DNA from: Candidatus Ozemobacteraceae bacterium
GTDB lineage: Bacteria > Muiribacteriota > Ozemobacteria > Ozemobacterales > Ozemobacteraceae
DNA: 64,000 nt
Assembly: GCA_965140445.1 (NCBI GenBank)
Contig: OZ223236.1
Coordinates: 1,152,001 to 1,216,000 of the forward strand
Direction of reading: 5' to 3'
Made by a program: the position numbers and the translations under genes. Below, piece after piece: positions 55,981 through 64,000 of the stretch; within the stretch, counting starts at the first letter, position 1, and the number at the start of each line of letters is the position of its first letter. The notes beneath the pieces are model-generated. The model worked only from the letters and a program-made list of their open reading frames with translations. It was not told where the DNA came from and did not search any database.

Positions 55981-56730
55981 TTATTTTACTTCTATTCTGT
56001 ATGATCGGCGCTCGATTGAGTCCTCTCGTGATTTAGAAATCAGGCAGGCATAGAGATTAATCCGAACGTGCCCACGCCTCTTTGCCATGAAAGTTACTAC
56101 GACTTTATCATCTACGCGATACGTCTTGTTGATAGCAACACGATTGTCATTGTTTATGTAATCCAAATTCCAGATGAGCTCTTTGTTATCGCTATATCTG
56201 GGCAACTCAATTTCGAATAACTGACCTATCCGGGTTGAAATTATTTCTTCTTTTTTTACTTCGGGGGGCAATAGCCTTATTGAGCGGGAATTTGTTACCA
56301 GATGGCGGGGACTGACCATAACCATACCCTGGATCGTATATATGCCCTGAGGAAGGGGGCGACCAAGCCTGTCTATTGTTTCCCAGCTCATAGCCTCCGA
56401 CATGGTTTCGCCAGCTCTGAGTGGGATTGAATGATTCGCTTCACTCCAGAACAAGCCTTGAGACCATCTATAAATCTGCAGGCCTTTTGTGAAAACTGCA
56501 TAGTCCCAATGTTGGCCACTCGGAAAATTTATTCCAAGAGTTTTGTCGGTTTTATTTCTGATTGAAATTGTAAATGTTGCAACCTCGCCCGCCTTTACTT
56601 CCGGGCGTTCCAATGTAAGTTTTATTTCAACATCAGAAGGATTGATATATTCCCATTTTCTCCAGGCTGAAACTGGACTGACAGAAATAATCAGCATGAC
56701 GTACATTAAAAAGATTAGTCTGTTTCTCAT
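55981..56730 (-). CDS. Secreted protein with BsuPI-like domain and possible chagasin (I42)-like domain
   Basis: Signal peptide; F.SGQ.WD......IYRWS.G..F-like BsuPI motif; C-terminal IGQLFEIELP......W pattern; start moved to MRNRL. Confidence 0.65.
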   Translation of the reverse strand: MRNRLIFLMYVMLIISVSPVSAWRKWEYINPSDVEIKLTLERPEVKAGEVATFTISIRNKTDKTLGINFPSGQHWDYAVFTKGLQIYRWSQGLFWSEANHSIPLRAGETMSEAMSWETIDRLGRPLPQGIYTIQGMVMVSPRHLVTNSRSIRLLPPEVKKEEIISTRIGQLFEIELPRYSDNKELIWNLDYINNDNRVAINKTYRVDDKVVVTFMAKRRGHVRINLYACLISKSREDSIERRSYRIEVK

Positions 56731-56774
56731 AGGAAAATAATACACTACCAATCCCAAAAGTTAAAACCTTAGTT

Positions 56775-57677
56775 TCAGAGTTTTTCATTAAAGTTGTTTA
56801 AAGAGTAGCTTGCAGCTTTCTCGTGCGACCTGGTTGCGTAGCAATATAAACATCCGTGTTTACAGGTGTCATATGCTCCGATATCTACGCTTTTTAAACA
56901 TTGACATGATGGACGTTGTCCTTTGTGTCTTTGTCCTTCATAGTTTTTTTCAATTATCTGGCTGACAAAATCCTTGTTTATGCATCCATTTTTGATAATC
57001 CTGGTTTTCTCAAATAGATCAGATTCCTCACAGCAAGATTCCAGGATAATTCCGTTGTTCTCTGCTATTTTCTGCATTTCGATCAGAAATTCTGCAGTAT
57101 TTTGGTTGGCTTCCGGTTCTGGTTTGAATTGCCATCCTGATTTTTCCAGATTTCGTAAGTTTTTGCTGGTTTTGCGATAAAAATCTGCAAAGCTGGTAAT
57201 GCACCTGTTTGTTAGCCCGGAAAGCTTTTCAGCAATCATGGAAAAATTGGAAAGATGCCAGTTCATGTCTGTTTTGTTGCTGATTATTATGGGGTCATAG
57301 CGCCAGACTATTTTTTCTTCTCCCAGAAGCTTATTAAGCCTGAAAATTCCCGAAATAACATCGGAGTAATCAGGATTGTTGATTTCCAGTTCAGCCGGGT
57401 AATTATTCAAGGTTACGAAAAAGCCTGCTTTATAACCAAGAGCAAGGATATTTTCTAGATTATGCAAGAAAGGATTAGGGTTTCGGGTCCAGAATATAAA
57501 GGCTGTAACATCTTCTAATAAAAGGGAGACATGGGATTCCTGATGGTAATTAAAGGGGTTTTTGACTTTGCAAAAACCTTCTTTTATTCTGTGCAAAAGC
57601 CAGTCTCCATAAAAGGCCGGAATGTCTGTTCGCCTTGAAGCACTTATAATATTCTTTTTTTTCTTTCCAGGATGCAT
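56775..57677 (-). CDS. DUF1848 family protein (radical-SAM-like)
   Basis: IISASRRTDIPAFY, FWTRNP, WRYDPI, DIGAYDTC.HGC.YCYA. Confidence 0.9.
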   Translation of the reverse strand: MHPGKKKKNIISASRRTDIPAFYGDWLLHRIKEGFCKVKNPFNYHQESHVSLLLEDVTAFIFWTRNPNPFLHNLENILALGYKAGFFVTLNNYPAELEINNPDYSDVISGIFRLNKLLGEEKIVWRYDPIIISNKTDMNWHLSNFSMIAEKLSGLTNRCITSFADFYRKTSKNLRNLEKSGWQFKPEPEANQNTAEFLIEMQKIAENNGIILESCCEESDLFEKTRIIKNGCINKDFVSQIIEKNYEGQRHKGQRPSCQCLKSVDIGAYDTCKHGCLYCYATRSHEKAASYSLNNFNEKL

Positions 57678-57735
57678 GCTTATCTCTATATTAGTTATCT
57701 GATTTTATTCTAACATTCCTGACGAAAGAAATTTT

Positions 57736-58641
57736 ATGAAAAACGCAAAAGTTGTGGGTCTAGGGCAATGCACAATGGACATAATTTGTCCGGTGGATAG
57801 TTGGCCAGAAAACGATCAGAAGTATGAAACGGAAAGTTTTCTTTACCAGGGCGGCGGCCCCGTTGCTACAGCTTTAGTTGCTTTGCAGCGTCTTGGGGTT
57901 CAAACTTCATTTATTGGCAGGGTGGGGGACGATTCCACAGGGGAAAGCATTAGAAAAGGTCTGGAACAGGAATCTATCGATTGCTCCTCTCTTAAAACTA
58001 TTGCCGGGACGACTTCGCCAACAGCTTTTATTATAGCCAATTCTTCAAATGGACACCGTACCATTTTATGGAATAAAGGAACTTCATTTCCCATCTCACC
58101 AGATGAGGTTACCGAAAAATCTTTGGTTGGGGCTGATTTACTACATCTGGATGGCTTGCATATTGAGGCTTCTATACGTGCCGCAGAAATCGCACAAAAA
58201 ATCGGAGTGCCGGTAATGCTTGACACAGGGACCTGGAGAGAGCAGACTGTTCAACTTTTTAAACTGGTTGATTATCTCATTGTTGGTGAGCCGTTAGCAA
58301 AAACAATTTCTTCTGACATGGGGATGGCTTTATTTGAACTGGCAAAACACGGGAGCAAACTGGTTGGAATTACTCTTGGCGATCGAGGCAGCGTATTTCT
58401 TAAAAATAATAAACCCGTTTATTTCCCTGCTTTTAAGGTTAAAGCTGTTGATACAACTGGCTGTGGAGATACTTTTCACGCTGGAATGATTTATGGCATT
58501 CTCCAGAATTGGCCTTTGTCGGATCAGGTTCGTTTCGCATCCGCTGTGGCAGCAATGAAGAGCACTAAATTAGGCGGAAGAACAGCTCTTCCAAGAATGT
58601 CAGAAGTTGTTAGATTTCTGGCACAAAACAGTTTTAGATAG
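57736..58641 (+). CDS. PfkB family carbohydrate kinase
   Basis: GGGPVATA.VALQRLG, GRVGDD..G, VDTTGCGDTF. Confidence 0.92.
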   Translation: MKNAKVVGLGQCTMDIICPVDSWPENDQKYETESFLYQGGGPVATALVALQRLGVQTSFIGRVGDDSTGESIRKGLEQESIDCSSLKTIAGTTSPTAFIIANSSNGHRTILWNKGTSFPISPDEVTEKSLVGADLLHLDGLHIEASIRAAEIAQKIGVPVMLDTGTWREQTVQLFKLVDYLIVGEPLAKTISSDMGMALFELAKHGSKLVGITLGDRGSVFLKNNKPVYFPAFKVKAVDTTGCGDTFHAGMIYGILQNWPLSDQVRFASAVAAMKSTKLGGRTALPRMSEVVRFLAQNSFR

Positions 58642-58856
58642 TATTGTCCTGGTGGCTGATTTCAAAAATACTTTGCATTTGTGAAATACGGGTTATTCTT
58701 GTCTAATCTCTTTTTAACAGCAGGTTATGGCACAAAAAATACCTTTAAATAACGCTTCCAGGCAATTGACACCTTTGCGATTGGTTCTTATAATTGGGAA
58801 AAGATGTACAGCCTTAAGCCCAAAAAGCGTCTTATTAAAAGCGCGGAGGTAGAAAA

Positions 58857-60437
58857 ATGATTCGAATATCAAGGAAGCTGATAGACAGAATTTCGATTCT
58901 GACAATAGTAATGTTCCTATTGTCGACTTTCAGCGTATATGCGCAAACTCCACAGGTAACAATTCCTGTTAATACAACTCAGCCAATAGATGTTTCAATC
59001 TTGAATAACGTTATTCCTGAGTTGAATACCTGGCAAAGTAATCTAAGAACTGCCCAGAGCACTATTAAGACGCTTGAAAAAGTAGCAACTCCGATTTACA
59101 ACAACGTTGCTCCTTCCGGCATGGAAGCTATGACCGTAGGAGAAAGAATTAAAGGTATTCTTAGCAATGCTAAAACTCTTCTTGGTTCTACCTTAAAAAG
59201 CTCCAGTGCCGCAGCCAAAACAAACATGGATGCAGGAACGTCCCTTTCTAACCTTCCTGTAGATCAGCAGCTTGCCTATAGTGTTGAGCAGTTGGGTGTT
59301 CAGGCTGCCAAAATCCAGACTTCCGGCAAAACAGCTGGAATGATGGGCAAGCTTAAGAGCATTCTTGATGTTATCAAAACAAGACTTAACTCAATTGTTA
59401 GTCTTATTAGAGCTAAAATCTTTGCGGTTGGCCAGAGAGTTGGTCTTATCAGCAAAGACAAAACCTTCAAAGATGGAAAGGTGCAGGAAAATAAGGGAGT
59501 AATGAACACTGTTGAGCAGGTTCAATACGCAGACTCATTTTCTGGAAAACTTTCTAAGGGTGTAAGCGAAGGCGTTCAGAATGCAAAAAGCTCTCTTAAA
59601 AACAGCTTTTCATTCTCTAATCTTGCTGTCACAACAACTGTAGCAATCGGAACAAACATTGCTATTGATATGATTCATGGCGAGAAGCCATCATTTAAAA
59701 AAGCAGTTAAATCTGTAGCTTCTCTTGAATTTGCTGGAAACGTAGCTGGTGCAGCTCTTGGTGCAGCTGGTGGACAGTTTGCTTCAACTTTGGTTAAGAC
59801 ATTTATTCCTGGCCCGGTTGGTGCATTGGTTGGCTCTGTGATTCCTGTAATGTTTGCCTCTGCCTCAGGACAAATGGGAAGCAATCTTATTTCTGGACTT
59901 AAAAACGGAAACTTTTCTGTTTCTCAGGCCTGGAGTGCAATTGATAAAACAGATCTTGTTGGTTCTTCCATCGGTTCAACAATCGGTATGGCACTTGGTG
60001 CTCCGATCCCAATAGTTGGCCCAATCATCGGCGGTATTCTCGGTGGTATGCTCGGAAGCAAAATTGCAAAATGGGTTACAGGATTCTCCAAAGGCGGAAT
60101 TCTTAGCATGTTTAAAAAGAAGGGTTCTACACCTTCAATGCCAGTTGGTTCAAGTGTTGATGGCAGCGCTGTAAGCACTGGAAACTACACTGGTGGAACT
60201 GTTGCTAACGGAACTGGCCCAACAACTTATGGTGGAAGCAGCATCGCTGGTGTTAACTCGGCTGGTGGAGTTGCTGGTGAGCTTAAAGAAGTTGAGCAGA
60301 GATATTACGACACTTATCTCCAATACAACAGACTTGTTGAGTCTGGAGACCATGAAAAAGCTAAAGAAGTATTTTCTGATCTCAAAAAATATTCTGACGA
60401 ATATACAAATTTGAAAAAACAGATTAAAAGCAACTAG
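58857..60437 (+). CDS. Secreted hypothetical protein with glycine-zipper region
   Basis: Signal peptide ending VYA; GxxxG-rich hydrophobic segments; RBS GGAGG; own terminator. Confidence 0.75.
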   Translation: MIRISRKLIDRISILTIVMFLLSTFSVYAQTPQVTIPVNTTQPIDVSILNNVIPELNTWQSNLRTAQSTIKTLEKVATPIYNNVAPSGMEAMTVGERIKGILSNAKTLLGSTLKSSSAAAKTNMDAGTSLSNLPVDQQLAYSVEQLGVQAAKIQTSGKTAGMMGKLKSILDVIKTRLNSIVSLIRAKIFAVGQRVGLISKDKTFKDGKVQENKGVMNTVEQVQYADSFSGKLSKGVSEGVQNAKSSLKNSFSFSNLAVTTTVAIGTNIAIDMIHGEKPSFKKAVKSVASLEFAGNVAGAALGAAGGQFASTLVKTFIPGPVGALVGSVIPVMFASASGQMGSNLISGLKNGNFSVSQAWSAIDKTDLVGSSIGSTIGMALGAPIPIVGPIIGGILGGMLGSKIAKWVTGFSKGGILSMFKKKGSTPSMPVGSSVDGSAVSTGNYTGGTVANGTGPTTYGGSSIAGVNSAGGVAGELKEVEQRYYDTYLQYNRLVESGDHEKAKEVFSDLKKYSDEYTNLKKQIKSN

Positions 60438-60451
60438 ATAGTCTTTGTTGA

Positions 60452-60483
60452 GGGGGCTGTCCAAAAAATGGGCGGCCCCTTTT
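60452..60483 (+). terminator. Intrinsic terminator
   Basis: GGGGCTGTCCA-AAAAA-TGGGCGGCCCC-TTTT. Confidence 0.75.
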
Positions 60484-60504
60484 CTATTCCTGATTTTATT
60501 TGTC

Positions 60505-60533
60505 TTGACGGTTTCTTAAAAGAACTGTAAGAT
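60505..60533 (+). promoter_or_regulatory. Sigma70 promoter of purD
   Basis: TTGACG-N17-TAAGAT, 30 nt upstream of the GTG start. Confidence 0.6.
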
Positions 60534-60563
60534 TCTGCCCGAGTTTTCTCATGTGAGGCTATA

Positions 60564-61808
60564 GTGAATATTTTAATTTTAGGTTCTGGTGCCAGAGAGC
60601 ATTCTATTGCTTACTCGTTATCCAAATCTCCAACTGTACATAAGGTCTATGCCTGTCCCGGAAACGCCGGGATGAAGGAACTAAAGATCGTTTCTTTTCT
60701 GCCCTTTAAAGGTAACGTAGAACTGGTAAAGTTCTGCAAGGATAAAATTGATCTGGCGGTAGTTGGATCAACCCGATTCGTTCAGGAAGGAACGGTAGAT
60801 GCACTCAAGCTTGCCGGAATTCCGGTTGTTGGAGCGGCGGAAGACGCTGGGAAAATAGAGACAAGCAAAGCTTTTGCTGCGTCGTTCATTACCAGGCATA
60901 GCATTCCCTCGCCAATGACTCTTATTGCCGTGAATAAACACGAACTGGAAGCAATTATTCCAGATAATCCGTGGATAAAAGTTATCAAGAGTGATGGATA
61001 TTCAAAAGGAACTGGTGTTGCAATCGTTGATAACCCGGAAGATGCCTTAGATACAGCGATAAATTTCTTGAAAGTCCACGGGCCACCGGTTGTTTTGCAG
61101 GAAAAACTTCGTGGTGTTGAGTGCTCATACTCTATTTTGACTGACGGAAATCAATGGGTTTCGTTCAGTTCCTGTCGCGATTACAAAAGAGCTCACGAGG
61201 GCGACACCGGTCCTACAACAGGTGGACTTGGATCTGTAAGTCCTTCTCCTGATTTGACCCCAGAGCTTGAGCAAAAGATTATTGAGAAAATCGTTGAGCC
61301 TGTTGTTGCTGGTATGCGCGAAGATAATCTGCTTTATCACGGCTTTTTATCTATTCAACTTATGTTGACTAAGCATGGTCCTAGAGTTCTTGAGTTTAAT
61401 GCCCGTCTTGGTGACCCTGAAACTCAAAGTATTCTGACCAGATTCAGGGGCGATCTAGCTACTTTATTAAGTGACTGTGCTAAGGGATGTCTGACTTCTG
61501 TTGGTTCGGAAGTGGCCTTTGGGAAGCATTCAGCTGTTTCAGTTGTTCTCGCACGTGAAGGTTATCCTGAGTCTGAAGAAGCTGTTCCATCAATCAAGAA
61601 GCTCGATAAAATAACAGATTCCCATGTATTTTATTCAAAATGCGACGATAAAAATGGTGATCTTGAGTTTAATAGCGGTCGTTTGATGAGTGTTACCGCA
61701 TTAGGTGAAGATCTGGAAGAGGCTTATAAGAATTGTTATAACGATATTTCAAAGCTCGACCTCAAAAATGTTTCTTATCGAAAAGATATTGGAAAAGTCG
61801 AAAAATAA
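60564..61808 (+). CDS. purD: Phosphoribosylamine--glycine ligase (divergent)
   Basis: ILGSGAREH, PGNAG, E.SK.FA, DYKR..EGD.GP.TGG.G, EFNARLGDPETQ, YRKDIG. Confidence 0.85.
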   Translation: MNILILGSGAREHSIAYSLSKSPTVHKVYACPGNAGMKELKIVSFLPFKGNVELVKFCKDKIDLAVVGSTRFVQEGTVDALKLAGIPVVGAAEDAGKIETSKAFAASFITRHSIPSPMTLIAVNKHELEAIIPDNPWIKVIKSDGYSKGTGVAIVDNPEDALDTAINFLKVHGPPVVLQEKLRGVECSYSILTDGNQWVSFSSCRDYKRAHEGDTGPTTGGLGSVSPSPDLTPELEQKIIEKIVEPVVAGMREDNLLYHGFLSIQLMLTKHGPRVLEFNARLGDPETQSILTRFRGDLATLLSDCAKGCLTSVGSEVAFGKHSAVSVVLAREGYPESEEAVPSIKKLDKITDSHVFYSKCDDKNGDLEFNSGRLMSVTALGEDLEEAYKNCYNDISKLDLKNVSYRKDIGKVEK

Positions 61809-61823
61809 GATTTTCTAAAATAG

Positions 61824-61862
61824 AAAATGGGCTGTCCAGCTTATAGTACAGCCCATTTTTTT
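61824..61862. terminator. Bidirectional intrinsic terminator
   Basis: AAAATGGGCTGT-N12-ACAGCCCATTTTTTT between convergent genes. Confidence 0.75.
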
Positions 61863-61869
61863 ATTTATT

Positions 61870-62844
61870 TTACCAATCTAGAATGTAAGCAAAAATCAGT
61901 GGAGCAACGATTGTTGCATCCGATTCAACAATAAATTTTGGTGTGTTTATATCAAGTTTTCCCCAGGTGATTTTTTCATTGGGAACAGCTCCTGAATATG
62001 AACCATAACTTGTTGTAGAATCAGAAATCTGGCAGAAGTAACTCCAGAATGGAATGTTTTCCATTTCCATATCCTGATAAAGCATAGGAACAACACAAAT
62101 TGGGAAATCGCCAGCAATACCGCCGCCGATCTGGAAGAAGCCAACACCTTTGCCATCTGAATTCTTAACATACCAGTCGGCAAGCCATGTCATGTATTCA
62201 ATTCCAGATTTCATGGTTGATGGATTTAATTCTTTTTTGATGCAGTAAGAAGCAAAGATATTGCCCATTGTTGAATCTTCCCAGCCCGGGCAGATTATTG
62301 GGATGTTTTTCTGGGCTGCAGCCAGCATCCAGCTGTTTTTTGGATCTATTTCATAATACTGTTCAAGAACGCCTGAAAGAAGCATTTTATACATGTATTC
62401 ATGTGGAAAATATCTTTCGCCGGCAGCTTCGGCGTCTTTCCATATTTTTTCAATGTGGCTCTGTAGTCTTCTGAAAGCTTCTTCTTCTGGGATGCATGTA
62501 TCTGTAACCCTGTTAAGACCGCCTTCAAGAAGTTCCCATTCCTCTTGCGGAGTGAGATCTCTATAATTAGGCACTCTTTTGTAATGCTTGTGAGCGACCA
62601 GATTCATGATGTCTTCTTCAAGATTTGCACCAGTGCATGAAATGATAGCAATTTTGTCTTGTCTGATCATTTCTGCCAGTGAACGGCCAAGTTCAGCTGT
62701 ACTCATCGCGCCTGCAAGAGTAACCATCATCTTTCCGCCTTCCTGAAGGTGCTTTTTGTAGCCCTGCGCTGCGTCAACCAAAGCGGCTGAGTTAAAATGT
62801 CTATAATGCTCTTCAATGAAAGTAGAGATTGGTCTATTGGTCAT
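61870..62844 (-). CDS. Deoxyhypusine synthase-like protein (probable homospermidine synthase)
   Basis: LAGAMSTA, TGANLEED, NRVTD, DST.G, IGGG, GSYSGAVPNEKITWGK, SDATIVAPL. Confidence 0.9.
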   Translation of the reverse strand: MTNRPISTFIEEHYRHFNSAALVDAAQGYKKHLQEGGKMMVTLAGAMSTAELGRSLAEMIRQDKIAIISCTGANLEEDIMNLVAHKHYKRVPNYRDLTPQEEWELLEGGLNRVTDTCIPEEEAFRRLQSHIEKIWKDAEAAGERYFPHEYMYKMLLSGVLEQYYEIDPKNSWMLAAAQKNIPIICPGWEDSTMGNIFASYCIKKELNPSTMKSGIEYMTWLADWYVKNSDGKGVGFFQIGGGIAGDFPICVVPMLYQDMEMENIPFWSYFCQISDSTTSYGSYSGAVPNEKITWGKLDINTPKFIVESDATIVAPLIFAYILDW

Positions 62845-62931
62845 ATGATTTTCTCCTGCTGTGAATCTAAAATCTAGCGAAAATTAGCTATGTACTAATG
62901 TTTTATACAATATTTTGCCATGCAATGGAAT

Positions 62932-62963
62932 AAAAAAAAGCCGGCCTAAGCCGGCTTTTTTTT
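62932..62963. terminator. Intrinsic terminator of the PLD gene
   Basis: A8-GCCGGC-CTAA-GCCGGC-T8. Confidence 0.85.
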
Positions 62964-62970
62964 AAGGCTA

Positions 62971-63999
62971 TTAGATCAATTTTTTGAAAATGGTGAATTT
63001 TGAGAGAAGCTTAAGAAGCCAGAAGTTTTTGCCAGGAAGATCGTCTGGGCCATAAACCGACTGAACTTCGCCATTGGCATCGATATCGATTTTGTAGAGT
63101 TTTGAGATTGAAACATCATGCATGATTCCTTCTCTTAACTCTTTTGCAAAACCATTATCTTTGATCGCGGCAACAACTTCAGAGTTGATTTGCTCACTCA
63201 TGTAATCAAGGTTGTATGTTCCAACAACGCCGATTTTTCTATCGAAAACCCATGTCTTGGCGTGAAGCTTTCCTTCACCATCGTATACGTATATTCTGGC
63301 AGTTGGGATTTCTTTGAGAACTCTTTTCCAATCGGCATAGAACATAGCCTGTGTTGCAAGACTGTCAGTCGAGAAAGGACTGTTGGTGTGCATTATTATC
63401 GGAATGCCTCTTGCCCCGGCTCTTTTAAGAGCTCCAAAAATTCTTTCTGTTAGAACAACGTAAGGATTCTGGATAACTACTTCTTTGCGGCAACCATCAA
63501 TGTATTTAACCATCTGATCAGTGATGTCATTTCTTGGACCACCGATAGAGTGTTTATCAATGATTTTTACTGGCGCATCATAAGAATTGGCAAATGGATC
63601 AAAGCCACTGAAATCCCTTAGATTTTTGTATTCAGCAAGTTCTGCATTCCATTTTTTTACTGCATTAGCAAATTTCTTGTTGCTACCTGATGGAGGAATA
63701 TAGGTTTCATTGATCAAATGAGCACCCATGGCTTCATAGGCTGCATTAAGATCATCGCTCATTACATCAATGTTTCCCCAGAGTTCTTTGGAAATCCCAA
63801 ATGTCTTGAGTTTTGTGAATTCTTCGTCAAAAGCAAATGAGAGCTGCTCAGCTATTGCGTGATCCTTAATTACCACATCACAATCTCTGTAAGCGCCAGG
63901 ATGGTCTGGTTTATCCAGATAATAATCTCTGGAAACGTTTCTTCCTCCGACTACGCTGTATTCTCCGTCAACTACGACGATTTTGTCATGGTTAGAAGC
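62971..63999 (-). CDS. Phospholipase D family protein (cardiolipin synthase-like), 5' end outside the window
   Basis: Frame stays open to the window edge and adds the first HKD motif (NHDKIVVVDG....GGRN); second motif LHAKTWVFD....GTYNLD. Confidence 0.9.
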   Translation of the reverse strand, partial: ASNHDKIVVVDGEYSVVGGRNVSRDYYLDKPDHPGAYRDCDVVIKDHAIAEQLSFAFDEEFTKLKTFGISKELWGNIDVMSDDLNAAYEAMGAHLINETYIPPSGSNKKFANAVKKWNAELAEYKNLRDFSGFDPFANSYDAPVKIIDKHSIGGPRNDITDQMVKYIDGCRKEVVIQNPYVVLTERIFGALKRAGARGIPIIMHTNSPFSTDSLATQAMFYADWKRVLKEIPTARIYVYDGEGKLHAKTWVFDRKIGVVGTYNLDYMSEQINSEVVAAIKDNGFAKELREGIMHDVSISKLYKIDIDANGEVQSVYGPDDLPGKNFWLLKLLSKFTIFKKLI

Positions 64000-64000
64000 C

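Noticed and set aside
58728..58743. Sigma54 promoter (TGGCAC) upstream of the glycine-zipper gene
   Set aside because: The -12 position reads ATAC rather than TTGC
63874..63876. GTG start of the PLD gene given by the ORF track
   Set aside because: The frame is open to the window end and includes the first HKD motif; the real start is outside the window
1..64000. CRISPR array, rRNA, tRNA or IS element
   Set aside because: Intergenic gaps are short (about 230 nt or less) with no spaced direct repeats, and no ORF shows transposase or Cas motifs

Overview
64 kb of ordinary-composition chromosome (roughly 40% GC by eye) from a diderm bacterium. The lineage is not determinable without a search; a deep-branching group such as Ca. 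Riflebacteria is only my guess. The left third (+ strand) carries the end of an Mla/MCE operon, asparaginase, TPR and zincin genes, punA-prfA-prmC-tsaC, an MCP, and an rlmN-PASTA-pseudokinase-rpe-TPR cluster. A long minus-strand block (16.4-47.4 kb) carries a type IV pilus cluster (pilB, pilT, pilin, degenerate pilD), aroE and a STAS protein. It also carries the standout locus: two paralogous giant secreted Ig-repeat proteins (4173 and 3272 aa), each ending in a T9SS-CTD/FlgD-like C-terminal domain and each followed by its own Gly-rich TPR lipoprotein, then a PorV/PorQ-like beta-barrel gene, behind a near-consensus sigma28-type promoter. The right third has a REC-HATPase regulator, hisS with an unlisted 44-codon upstream ORF, a degenerate PP2C, a second PilB fused to DUF4046-like repeats, a double protease-inhibitor-like protein, DUF1848, a PfkB kinase, a secreted glycine-zipper protein, a divergent purD, a deoxyhypusine-synthase-like gene and a truncated PLD gene. 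I saw no rRNA, tRNA, CRISPR array or mobile element. All family assignments come from motif recognition by eye, not database searches.
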